64,000 nucleotides of DNA, taken from contig JALDZS010000004.1 in the NCBI GenBank assembly GCA_022813965.1, forward strand, positions 1 to 64,000, in the 5' to 3' direction. Within the stretch, counting starts at the first letter, position 1, and each line of letters opens with the position of its first letter. The notes under the pieces are model-generated. The model was not told where the DNA came from. It did no database searches and saw only the letters and a list, made by a program, of their open reading frames with translations. Positions 1 to 12,541 of the stretch are shown here, piece after piece. Position numbers and translations under genes: made by a program. The DNA comes from Toensbergia leucococca. Taxonomy: Eukaryota.

Positions 1-134
1 GCATTAGATCTGGATCATTGTTAATCCTCTCCGGCGGTGAAGAGTTTTATAGACTAGATAGATCTTTGCGTTTTTGCTCTTTTGCTCTTTAGTCAATGCA
101 AAGACCATAAAACCTCCAGAGACAACAATTACCT

Positions 135-1051
135 GTTCCATTTGCATGCCATCTATCACCTGGGGAATCATCCTAATATCCTACCACGTTTTCACCTAAT
201 TCTCCACCATGGATTTCAATTTTCCCCCACTCGATGAACTCGAACCCTCATCACCCCCTTTGCGTTAAGGAAAATCCATCAACATTGGCTTCGCATCAAG
301 AACTCCACAGAGACAGATCCTTTACCTCCTTGTACACACGTCTTCACAGCAACCACTGGTCTTCCTTGTGCTCACAAGATTCTAGAACGTCTAGAGGGAC
401 CTGCTCCCTCTATTTAACAACGACGCGATGTGCATGTAAAGTGGTGGTTTCATCGTCCTGCAGACGTTGATGAAAATGGTCGGCATACTTCTTCCTCCCC
501 TGAGTCAATAGATCCTCTGCTATTAGTTCAGAATCCTGCAGTCACCCGCCCCCGTGGTCGTCCTACAGGTGCCCGTGGTGTGAGACAACAACAGGCCTTT
601 GATAGAGGTACACAGAGAGAATTGTCTCAATTTGAGGTGGTAGAACAAGGTCTTCAGGCGGGTGGCCGAGGTCGAGGTGGCCGGGGGGGCCGAGGTGGCC
701 GAGGACCTAGAGGAGGGCGAGGAAATAGAGGGAGGGGGGGAGTTGGAGGTGGAGATCCTGTGGATAACAGGGTATTTCATGATTTTGGAAGGAGGTGATC
801 GTGCGCCCGGAGGTGGGGGAATCAAGTCAGGATGTGGTACAAAAGCATGATTTTTCTCCTAGGTAATTTGGCTTCTAGATGGCACGCAAATGGAACAACT
901 AAATAGCTTGCAAAGTGGTAGAGAATCGAGGCAAGATGTGGTGCGAAATGACAGATTTTCCCTCGGTGGTATTGCGCCTGAGGGGGGGGGGAAGGGGGGG
1001 CGTCAATGTATCAAAAAGGGGCGTCCATGTATCAGGAGCCAAAAAAAATCC
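135..1051 (+). mobile_element. Decayed, internally deleted Mutator-like (MULE) DNA transposon remnant
   Basis: Frame 241-798 reads ITPFALRKIHQHW...LPPCTHVFTATTGLPCAHKI...*...DVHVKWWF...NPAVTRPRGRP...TQRELSQFEVV, typical of fungal MULE transposase C-termini, with an in-frame TAA at 415-417. A 21-bp inverted repeat (20/21 match) lies at 135-155 / 876-896. A TIR-like right end with a doubled GGGGCGTC(A/C)ATGTATCA motif ends ...AAAAAAAATCC at 1051. The left boundary is uncertain. Confidence 0.75.
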
Positions 1052-1840
1052 AGAATATAATACCATATATATAAAACCACACACACACCCCCCCCCTCTC
1101 TCTCTTTAAAAAAAAACCGACATAGATCAAAGAAAAGAGAAAAAAGACAACAGAAATAGTTGAGGCCCTAAGCACATACAAAACCCATCATACTCTGCAC
1201 TCAATTCTCTGCTCACATCTCTTTTATATATCATTACTCATATCTACTCATACTCATATCTGTGAGACAAAAAACATCATGTGACTTAATCGGATGAAAA
1301 AAAACTGTTTTCATTTCTTGAAACTATAGATGGAGACAAGGGGTAAATAGAGAAATTAGCTTGAACACAAAATCACACATTCTTTTGAATGCTCAGAGAG
1401 TAAGAGGTTGTCACTGTATCAACCTGCCTAAGAAAAAAAAAACCACACAAAAGGAAGAGAAAGGACGTGGCAAAGGCCGTGAGAATACTTTGAAAATAAA
1501 TGAGCTCAGTGTCAGAACTTTGTGTATGTGTCAAGCTGAATACCTTTCCCACCCGTGACCTTTCCATTTGTCCAACAATTAAAAAGCCGGAGGGGGCCGG
1601 GTGGCTATAACACAAATCTCATAAACTGAATGTTCACACTGTGACTTCAACATAACAAACACAACTTTCCGCCAAAAACAGATTCAAAGAGCACAATCCG
1701 CAAAAGCGCGTTCCCAACCCCGGCCAGCACCCCCCCCAAACAAGGCATTTATACAACACCTCCAGACACCCTCATCCGCAAACCCAAACCTCCTACCCCA
1801 AATAATCCAAAGCCACCCCTCAAAGCCCTCTCAAAAGAAC

Positions 1841-4565
1841 TCACCCACCCACCCCTCTCCTCCTCCCCCCCCTCAGATTCTCCCTCCAATAACAACACAC
1901 CCCGCTCCCCTCACACCACCCCTTAACAACCTCAACTCCGACCTCGTCATCCACGTCTACTAGCGCTAGTCCCCCGGTATTCAGCCAGCGAGTCAAATCT
2001 TCCAGGACGATGGGGTCATAGAGAAGGATTTGTTCGTAGAAGCTTAGCTTTAGGGGATCGTGGGTTGGGGGTTGACTTTTTATTGCGAGGGTAATTTGGT
2101 TGAGGAGGGAAGGGGATGGAGGTTGAATGGCGGAATGGGTGAGAGGGAGGGGTTTGGGGGATTGGGGGACTGAGCGGCTGCGGCGGGGAGGGGAGGGTGT
2201 GGGTGGGGTGGAGCTTTCGGAGATGTCGTCTGGTAGAGTGGAGACTACTGTGCGAGTGGGGAGACGAGGTGGGGATTCTGATTGATGTGCTGCTTCCTCC
2301 TTTGGGCGATCGCTTGGTTTTCTTGGTGATGCTTCTATGGGTTGGAGGGTCTTTTCGTTATTTGTCGTTGGAGCTTTCGTCTTGGGTGGCCTTCCTCTTC
2401 TTCTGGGAGGGCTCGGTAGCTTTGAGGGTGGTGGTGCGTTGGTGGCCTTGGCTGTTTGCTGAGGCAGGTTGGCATTAGGCGGTAGCGATTGCAGAGCCAA
2501 GCGAGCTTTGCCTTCATAGCACCTTTCCACTAGCGCAATCATGCGGTCTCTGTTTTTTATGGGTTTGAGTCCATACGACGCTATTGCTTTTTTCAATTCG
2601 GCGTCAGTGTAACCTTTGCAGTCCAGGTTTTGTACTGCAACTCGTTCGAGGGGGGGTGGCTTTGATGTGGCTGGAGCGATGCTCTTCTTGACAGGTGATC
2701 GTGAGCGAGACTTGGGGCGCTGCCGTGAAGCGGCTTCTACAACTGATCTGGGTAAGGGCCGCTCTGAGAGTGAGCTATCGCTTACTGAAATAGGTGGCTT
2801 TGTTAGAGAGGTAGAACTCTCAGACTCAAGATTACAAGGATCGTCGATGTGATTAAAGCCATGTTGAATGCTCGCCGACTTTATGTCCAGGGTGCCGAAT
2901 GCCCGCCCTGAACTCGGCCGAGAAGTTGCCGGTGAGCATTCTGTTGAATTGGCTAGGTTTACGACCTCGGCGTGCAGTAAGGAACCATCAAAATCTCGAG
3001 TTGCCACTCCCCAGAGATTTTTTGATGCTGTGAAAGAGGACAGATTAGATCTCGAGATTGAGCTCCTAGTTGAATCGAACACAGACGATACAGACTGCAC
3101 TGGGTCCTGTGTTAAATCGGATGCCCTGATAGCTTTGCTAAGGTCTTTGATGAAGGTCGGAGATTCATCCCTCTCTAATTGACTGCATGTTCCAAATACT
3201 AGATCCTGGTCTTGGGTGATCTTCAAGGCTAATTCAGGAGTCAGCAACGTGGAGACTGGAGGAGCGACTTTCTTGGGCTTTGCAGCTCTTGGCTTTGATT
3301 TACGGGGCCGGGTTTTCTTTTTTTGTTGTTCTTTCTCCGCTGGGGCTTCAACGATCTGAACATCAGGTGGCTTTATAAAGTATTGAGATAAGTCTGATGG
3401 AGCGGAAGATATTACGAGCGCGAATGGAGCTGTGGCCTTGCTTGTAATGGTTTGTGGTTTCTTCCTTGGGGACTTCTTCCTTCTGGTTTGAACAAGTTGA
3501 GGAGGTGGACAGACAATGCCATGGATCAACTATGAAACTGTTAGAATGCGGTATTTAAGGTATCATCATCATATGTCAAATTACTTCGACTTTCCGTTTC
3601 TTAGTCAAAGCCTCCCCATTCGGATTACGGTCTGCCTCAGAGCCAAAAACTAGATTCTCGCTATATTGAGCATATTCGTAGTCGCTTAGGAGATTGCCGA
3701 AATGCTGAGCCTGTATTTGATTTCGCTCAGAGACTTCTGAAGCATTGGCCGACGTCTTAGTCCCCTCGATAATTGCAGGCCGCTTTATAGAATCCCTAGT
3801 CGGCGTCCAATCTCTTCTTCTTTTGACGGCTTCATCCAAACATAGGTCAAGGGTCTCTCCATCCACTCGAAGGGCTTTCCCCACAGTTGCAATTGATTTA
3901 TCTAGCCGATCTTGTTTGCATTCTGTCGCAATTTTTGTGGTAACAGTCGACCTTCTTGTCCTGTGAGCATCATCAACTGCGTATGGTTTGATGCTTTTGG
4001 TCTTGTTGGCAGTCTTGTTCGCATTTGGTTTAACAATCCTAGTCTTCTTCATCTTGGTTTGCCCATCATCCTTGTTTCGCTTTGCTCGGGATTTTTTAGA
4101 TACTGGTTGCTCAGGCGCAACGCCTTTTGTTGCCACTTGTGCGTTCTCATCGACAGAAGGCTCCTCGATAGGTCCTGACGGTGTTTTTGATCGCGGCCGA
4201 GGTCTCTTGAGGCCATTGACACTTTTTGGGATCTCTGGGTTTACCCCGTTTACAGCTGAAGGTAAAGTCCCAAGCTCCTGCAGCTCAAGTGGTCTTTGAA
4301 GCCCTATTGGATTTTCAGATTGATTGGATGAACGGAATTGACGTAACAGGTTCGAAGCGGATGCAAAGCCTGCAGCTGCTCCAGTCTGGAGCGGAATTGG
4401 TCTGTTAGCACTGAACAGAGCCGGTACCCTACTCGTAAAGAGCTGGGATGGTGATGGCAGGGCAGGCGACGAGGACGTGGCCGTCATTGAAGCTGAAAGT
4501 GGGGTTGTTGCTATGACTGAGAGCGATGGCGAGGATGAGAGGACAATGAGATCTGCCGAGGCCAT
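1841..4565 (-). CDS. SLX4: Structure-specific endonuclease scaffold subunit Slx4
   Basis: Exons 4565-3585 and 3529-1841 (GTAATT...CTAAC...ATAG intron). SAP-like YTDAELKKAIASYGLKP and C-terminal Slx4 CCD FYEQILLYDPIVLEDLTRWLN...VKGWCEGSGVCCYW. Confidence 0.92.
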
Positions 4566-4882
4566 GACTGCATGATGGCGCAGTGCAGACTGGAGCAGTG
4601 GAAGGCGCGTCAAAGTCGATCTATATAGTTGATGGCAGTGATTTCTCCGCAGAGTCACGAAGCAATGTTGAGAGGTTGAAGTAGTGGCTCTCTCGGTTGT
4701 TTATTATGGAAAATTCCTCGGCCAACGGTTATTCTAGAACTAGAATTACAGTGTCCAATATTCTAGAGCATTTTAGATGCCCCGGAGTTGTTTGATGTGT
4801 TCCATGTATAAAAAGTGCAAGCAATTACTGATACTTTGTTATTGTTCTAGTACTTGAATTTCTTTGTCCCTATTGAACTGTT

Positions 4883-5630
4883 CTAAGAAGCCCCCCTGAG
4901 AGCCATCATGCCTAAGATTGCATATTCGAGCTCCTTGCCTTCTAATTGGTCGCTTTGTAAGTCGCTAACAACCCCCCCCCTCTTCTTACTTGCAGGCTTT
5001 GCAGCAGCAGCAGCAGCATTCAACTTGTATATTTTCCTCACCTTTGCCGGATCCACCAGCTGGGCCAGCGTTTCATCACAAAACTCAACTGGCGTACCCT
5101 CGATCGAGGAACGCAGATGTTCTTCTACGCTCTTGTGGGTGATATCAGGAGAGAGTGAGAGTTTGATAACGAGTACATCTGTTGTGGTGTCTGCGATCCC
5201 GAATCTACGAAACGACTCGGCAATCTAGGCCCAAGACCACGGCCTCTTAGTTGGTGCTGAGCGTGCCATATGCCGACACGCCACTTACGTTGTTATTCGG
5301 ACTCAGGGCAAAGACAATCTCGGAGTGTACGTTATGTGACTTCAAGCGCTTGTTTGCCATGTCGTTCGCAGCTCTGAATACTGCCGCAAGGACGTGTGTC
5401 GTGGAAGTGATCTCAACGTCTCCTGGTCAGTCATCTATACCTTAAGGCCGAGCCATCAGTCTGATGGCACTTACAACGCTTGCGTCAATCAAAGCATATT
5501 CGAACGCCACGTTCCCCGTTAACAGCTGTTGACGTATGAAAGCAGCGTTCTTCAGATGGCGATAAATGACTACATGAACTGCAAGAGCAGCGGGTAAATG
5601 TACGAGGTGCAGAGTCTTGAGTTCAGCCAT
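4883..5630 (-). CDS. CGI121: EKC/KEOPS complex subunit Cgi121
   Basis: Three exons: ...[10 protein letters not shown]...YALIDASV | [14 protein letters not shown]...[20 protein letters not shown] | [10 protein letters not shown]...[16 protein letters not shown]. Confidence 0.93.
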
Positions 5631-5981
5631 GATTATATTCAACGTGTAGAACAGGAGTCGAAGACGGCAGAACAGGATCCCAAAGTGGAAATGCAGGAGA
5701 TTAGTCGTAGTGATAATTAACATTGATACTTTACACACACTGCTGATTCGGTAGCCCCAAATCCGACATCCTAAATCATCGCAACACAAGCCGCGTGGAA
5801 GCTGGACAAAGTGATAGAATATCTTTTACTCTAATATACATGATGATGACTTCCTCGAGGAGCAAGTTCAAGCTACATTTCAGTCTGGCCGATACAACCC
5901 ATGTGTGAGGCTTGAAAGTGTGTAGAATACTCCGTAGGTATTCTAATCGCTCGTCGGGAAGCAAGGTGATTGCCACGGAAT

Positions 5982-8833
5982 ATGCCGCCCAAACGCGCTT
6001 TGAACAGCATCGTCAAGTCCGACGCCTCTCCGACAAACGACAAAGACGGCAACAAGAAGAGGAAACTATCGACCACCGCCCGCACCGGTCAGGCTTGTGA
6101 TAGATGCAAGGTAACCTCCGTGCTCTGATAGTCTGCCCAATGCTGACCCTAAATCCTAGACTCGGAAAATTCGATGCGACGGACGTATTGGTGGCTGCTC
6201 TCCTTGCAGTCAGAATCGCACAGAGTGTAAGACCACTGATCGAATCACCGGTCGCGCGACCTCACGCGGGTATGTCTCCGACCTCGAGCAATGCACCCGT
6301 GATCAAGACTCCCGAATTCGAGAATTGGAGGCCCGTCTCATCAACATGGGAGTACATGTAACTCCCTCAAAAATACACGTCAACCCTGAGAATACCCCGC
6401 TGGCCGACTGGAATCTCAGCAAGGAAGACAAGCCTGAACGGTCGTGGGAGGACCACGGCCATTTGATCGCCACCTCAGATGGCAGCCCAACTCGATATCC
6501 GTCCTCGGCCTCTGCACCACTCTCTCCTCTGGGTCTTCCAAAATTTCGAACGGGTCTTACGGGTGAAAATTACCTCGGTGTATCTTCAGGCAATTCCTTC
6601 CTTAGTTCCATTCGTGGGACATCCCTAAATGTTCTGGGAATGGAAATCAACCTTGCAGGCTTCGCGTCTGATGATTTGGACGAGTCTGATTATTTGCCCC
6701 GGACTGAGCCGCTGCGCAACAAGTCGTATCAAAGCTTTATCCAGACTGCTTTCGGCCAAAGTCCAATCGACCAAAAGCCTGATTTAATGCCAAAGGAGGA
6801 GGGATTCAAGTACATTCAGTGGTATTTCAAGATGGTCAATACGTTTATGCCGATTTTGCACAAATCAACTTTCATTTCTCTGGTAAGGGAGTCCGCCGCT
6901 AATTTGTTCTTTGCATATCTTACTGAGGTAAACACAACAGCTCACACGAGTTTACGACGACCCCACCTTTGAGGCATCAGCGGCCGAGTCTGCCATGGTA
7001 CACATGGCCTTTGCCATCATGTTCTTTCAAGTTTCGTCACGCGCCTCGGAGAATTCGGCTTATCAATCGATGATGAATGAGCGTTCAAATTCTCACTATC
7101 ATTACGCTCTACACCTGTTGCCTCAGCTAATGGCAAGCCACTCCATACAAGACGTGCAAGCTCTAGCTCTAATGTCTGCTCATGTTCGCAATTTCCCAAA
7201 GCCTGGTGCAGCCTGGATGATGACCAACATGACTTTCAACCTAGCTATTGAACTTGGGCTCCACAGATCGGCAAAGAGGTGGGCATCTACTACGCCGAAG
7301 AAGAGCATTCTGGAAATTGAAATGAGAAAACGAGTGTTTTGGTCGATTATGCTTATTCACGTGAATGTAAGTAGTAAGCTTGGTCGACCGATGGCTTTAC
7401 GTATAGAAGACTTTGATGTGGAAATTCCTGAGGCTGTGGACGATGACTTTCTTGATGAAGTGGGGATTGAAAAGGCAAGACAGGGAAAGTGCTCTTTTCT
7501 TGCGGCGATTGAGGAGTTCAAGACTATTCCGCTTGCCATGGAGCTCTACAGTAATATCTATGCCGTTAAGAGATCGCCTCAAACATACATTAATACAGTT
7601 CGTCGCTTGGAACATCGCATGCGCCAGTGGCAGGAGCAATTACCGGTAGAGCTCATCCAGAGTAAGGTAGCAGCCGATGATCGAGAGGGCCAAGTGATTG
7701 CTTTGTACATGAATATGCGACCTTTAGAATTTCAACTTCAGCTCCGCCACCCGTCCCTATCCCTGACTGACTCTGCACAATTCAACAATGAGAATCTCAC
7801 TGTTTGTATGGAAGTTTCACGCCAGATGTTGCACTGTGTCAAAGAACTCCAGAAATACAAAAGTCTCGACACATCTTGGTTCCAAGGTGCAGTATATGTT
7901 TTGGCCATAACGACGACTTTGTTCGGCAATTGGGAGCAACGAGATCAAATCACTTCTGCTGGTCTCCAGGCTTTAAAGGGGGACATGGACTCTTGGCTTA
8001 GCATTATGGGAGATATCGGTGGACTATTTGGTAAATCTCTTTCGTATACCGCTCTTGCGATGACTCATTTTTGTTTAGGATCAGGTACACATCTACAGGA
8101 CGCTGTCCGGGTAACGGTCGACAGCACGATGAATCTCCTGACACGATACTTTGCATCCAAGACTGCATCTTCCGCTCTTTCCGCCAATCAAATTATTTCG
8201 CCCTCTAGCACTCCCCTTCAAGGTCACGCAGCAAATCAAGTCATCTACAACCATCCTAATCGATACCAGGCCTACCAGGGCGGGAGTCACGGTACAAGCG
8301 GGAACATGGAACCACAGAATCGAGGGAGTACATATCCTCCACCTGAAAAGTCTCACCTCACCGGCCATGACCCACGTCCTTATCCCTCAGCTACCCAATA
8401 CTCCTATCCTGAACCCTCCTCTGCAGGTATGACTTCCTACACCGACAAACCCCGCTCATTCGACCCAATGACCTACCCTGGCGGCGCACGCCAACAACAC
8501 ACATCCGCCCAGCAAGCCGCCGCAGCCGCCGCGTTCTTCTACGAAAACAGCATTCCCAGCGCTGCTACATACACGCCTCACAACCCCAACCTCGATGGCT
8601 CAAACAGCCAAGCCTGGCGCCAATGGACCGACACTATGGCCAGCAACGTCCAGCCGCAACAAGAATACATCAGCTCCGCGAGCGCTCTCATGCAGCTGGG
8701 AGCCAGGAACGACCACGGTCCGGGCCCGTCGGTGGCGGCGGCTGGTGGGGCAGAGATGCCAGGCACGATGGGCGAGGACATGAGTCGGTTCTGGCATCCG
8801 ATCATTTTTGAAAAATTACATCAGGACCTATAG
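5982..8833 (+). CDS. Zn(II)2Cys6 fungal transcription factor with fungal-specific TF middle domain
   Basis: ACDRCK|TRKIRCDG...CSPC...C...TDRITGR zinc cluster split by an intron at ~6111-6159. Middle homology region AIELGLHR...EMRKRVFW...LGRP. Further introns at ~6883-6940 and 8031-8078. Confidence 0.93.
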
Positions 8834-9649
8834 GGCTTGAGGGTTGACGGGGGTGTATTATTAGTTGGGGGGGCGGCTTTGAATTTCATTTGGTGGGCGT
8901 CTGCAGCATAGATATAGGTGCCAGGGGCGCGAGGTGGATCGGCGAATTGGTGATACTGTGCAAGCATGTTGGGCGGTGGCTTTTGTATTAAAAAGTGGCC
9001 TATTTTTTTTGGGTTGGGGGGGGGGGGGGGGCCACGGCATTGTGGTTCGGGCTTTTTAACTTGTTTTTGGGATGGGAGTCCTCTTGCTGGATGGCAATTT
9101 CTCGGGGCGAGGAGCAAAGCTCCTTCCTGCTTTGTTTGATGGGGCTCTGTAGAGTTCGGGGCCCGTCTTTTATTTCTGATACAAGGTAGGTAGGTACTAG
9201 CATGAAAAAGTCAGAGCAACGCCCCAAATTTTTCAAAGTTGCCTTTACTTGTGTGTCCCATTCATAAAAAAAATGGGTGTCGGAATACCCAAGCATTTGT
9301 GATTCCACACACACAGATATAAACCCGACTTGGAAAAAAAAGGGGCGAACATCCAAAGGGCCAGGAAGGCCTCCATCATCCCAACATCCCCAACATGACA
9401 TACACAAAGACATAAAAGACATGAAGATCCCTTCCTGCAAACCCGTCCCCCCGGCTCCCTCAGCACCCATAATCATTGGTATCGTCCCTTCACGCCCCCG
9501 TCCACCCTGACCAGGAATCAAATACCCCCAACAACCCCAAAAACCCCCAACCCATCCAAGATTTAAGAGAAAAGGCCAGCTGGCTGTAAATGCGCCCATC
9601 ATACAACAAACCCCTATACAAGTCCTACAACCCACACAAAAATCCCCAA

Positions 9650-12541
9650 TCACCTCCCCCCTCGCCCAGCAGCCACAGTGTCGAACCTCACCCGCCGAGC
9701 CCATCTTCCCATTCCCCCCACCTCAATCCACTTCCCCAGATTCTTGCACTGGCTAACATCAAACGCCTCCAGCCGATGGCATCCCTCGACCACGGCCTCG
9801 ACGCCCACGCCCGTGACCCGAACGCAGCCTCTAACGCTCAATTTACGGAGTTCGAGGAGGTGGAGGCCGATGCTTCGGAGAGAGGAGTCCGAGACGGCGC
9901 TGCCGCAGAAGGAGAGGTTCAGGTGGGTGAGCTGGGGGCAGCCCAGGGCAAGGACTTCGGTTGCAGTGTCGGAGAGAGCGCAGCAGAATGACTGTGGGAA
10001 GGGTCAGTTTGTGTTTGGGGATGCGAGAGAGAAGACAGTGGGGCTTACCAAGTCGAGATCCCGGAGCCCCTTGGCTGCGTTGGTTAGGTAAACGATGGCG
10101 TTATCGGTGAGGTAGGTGCAGTCTGCCAAGCAGAGTTTCTGAAGGCGGGAGAACTGGAACTGACCCCAGTGCTGGAAGCCTTGGTCGGTGATGGTGGTGC
10201 ACCGCGTCAGGTCGATTTGTTCCAGGCGCGTGGCGGCGTGGTAGGCTAAGTGAGCCATGGAACGGTCGGTGACGTGCTTACAGTAGGATAGGGTGAGTTT
10301 CTTGAGTTTCGGGCAGCCGAAGACAGTCCCTGGGGGTGGTTGGGACGGAGCGGGGCGTTGCCTGTTTGGGAGATTTTGGTGGCTGGCGTTTGGAGGTGAT
10401 GCTTGGACAACCCAGCCGACGACGCGGGCCAGGAGGTTGTCGCTAACTTTGCGGCAGTTGCTTAGGTCGACTTCCTCGAGGCTTTTGGCTCGATTGGCCA
10501 TTTCGAGGACGGCTTGGGCGGTGATATCCCAGACGCTTTTCATTTTCCACGAAGTAACGTTCGTACCGCATGTCACTGCTAAGGCGGCAAAGCCTTCGTC
10601 GGTGATGTGGAAGCAGTTGCTGATGTCAATTACGCGAGGACGGCTATCCACAAAGGGACAGATGTGATTGATGAGGACATGATCTGTGATTTTCCGGTTG
10701 TACATTGCGAGGTCTAGTGTGTGTAAAATATCTGGAGATTCTTTTAGGAGCTTTGACCAGTGTGGAGATACCAAGCGAAGGCGCATGAGATGGTGCAGCT
10801 GTAAATGCTGAAAGATGGTGGCGAGTACGTTATTTGGAAATGGCCCCCGGCTGAATTCGGTGAACTGGCGATGTAGTGTTTTAGGTCGTTTCAGATTCAT
10901 ATACAGGTCAGGAGGCGTGATTGCATGTTTCGTTCTTGAGGATGGCATCATATTCGAACTGAGATTCGGTGAAGAGGATCTTCTTTCGCGAGAGTCTGTG
11001 CCATTTAGTTGCCCAGAATCCGGTGGCGGAGGAGCCAAAGATCCCCGCCGCGACCTAGAGCGAATGTTGTCTAAATCGACATTGAGAAATGGATCAGGGT
11101 CGCAAGGCTCTATCACTGGCCGGTCTTCGATTCGGCTGGGCTTATAAGTGCTTTCTGGCTTGGTGTGAGTAAAGGTGACTTTGGGAACGGATTTTTTCCT
11201 TGTTTTCGGTAATCGCTCTGCAATTTCGAGCTCATCAATCGGAGGAGTTGCGTCTGCGTCTGCCATGACTACATCTTCATTTGAAGTAGACTGTAATCGT
11301 TGCTTGGCGGTGGTTTCGACCTGTTGACGAACAGCCCGGGGGCATCTCATCCAAAACTCGGCAAGAACACTCTCAGCAATCATGAGACATTCCACAGACG
11401 AGACAGACCGGACCGTAGCAGTTCTTCGAGGAGCGAGCGACAAACTAGCAACCTCTCCAAAATACTGGCCTTGTTTGAGGCGAGCTTTGACATGAAGTGT
11501 GCGATTCACGTTTTTTCGGGTCCCGTTAGAGGTAAGACGCGAATGCTGACTAGGGATTTTCTCATCGATAACCTCCACCTCTCCTCGAACGATGAAGAAA
11601 ACCTCGCGCCCTTGCGAGCCTTGTTGTATAATGTCGGTAAAAGGAGGATACGTCCGTGGCAGAGCATTCAGGCCGAGAAAATGCAAGATCTCAGGCGGTA
11701 GGCCAGAAAAGAGAGGTAGCTCTTTCAGGAGCTGCCTAACGTTCACAAGACCACTGCCGAGCGCACCCGAGACAGCCGTTTCGATAAGACCGGGAGATGG
11801 TGATTTTCGTTTCTTATTCAATGTCCCATTGACCTTCACTCCGTTACTCTGTGCCATTACGATATCTCCATCCTCGCCTTCTCGTGCTCTTTTCCCACTG
11901 CGACCTAACGCAATAGAAGATTCGTTGATTAGAGCAAGGTTCTCTTCCTTCTTACGCGCCTGTATCGCATTTGTGAGACGTAGTCGTTCCTGGGCCTCGT
12001 CTTTCAACGCTTGCTCCACTTCGGGAAATCTGGGCAGCTCCTTTCTAAGATCCTCCTTCTTCAAGACCACAAGCAGGCACCTCGTCCGTGCAATGATGGT
12101 AGCGGTACGGGGTATGTCCATCAATATTCCAATTTCACCAAAAAAAGCGCCAGGCTTTAGCTCAGCATATGTACTTTCTCCATCTCTTGAGGTGACCGCG
12201 ACACCTCCCCGTACCAACCAATACATAGCCGAACCATTGTCGCCTTCTGTTAAAATGTAGTCGTGCGGGGAGTGCAATTGTGGTCGAAGGTGTGCTCCTA
12301 TAGCAGCGAGAAACGAGTCTGGAGCTGAGAGAAAAAGAGGAAAGTTGCGAATACGGTCAATTAGATCAAGCGGCATGCCGTGGAAGTTGGACGCTGCTAG
12401 GGGAGATGGTCGCATAGGTCTCGATGGGTTTGTCTCCGAGTTGAAGGTCCTGATCAGTGTTAAAGCGTCTGGTACAGGCGGGGCGTTTGCCTTGGTTGCG
12501 AAAGTAGCAGCACTGGCACTGCTTCTATGGTGACGCCGCAT
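9650..12541 (-). CDS. Cyclic-nucleotide-binding (2x CNB) / F-box / leucine-rich-repeat protein
   Basis: Two CNB domains with cassettes FFGEIGILMDIPRTAT and YFGEVASLSLAPRRTAT. F-box-like FPNNVLATIFQHL...LRLVSPHW. AMN1-type LRRs (LSNCRKVSD, LSYCKHVTD, LTRCTTITD). Intron 10048-9992. Confidence 0.9.

Noticed and set aside
9000..9704. 234-aa minus-strand ORF
   Set aside because: Low-complexity G/T-rich convergent 3' UTR region with homopolymer runs.
11300..12533. Long antisense ORFs over coding genes (also over HOS2, tricalbin and STI1)
   Set aside because: Expected shadows of codon bias on the opposite strand.
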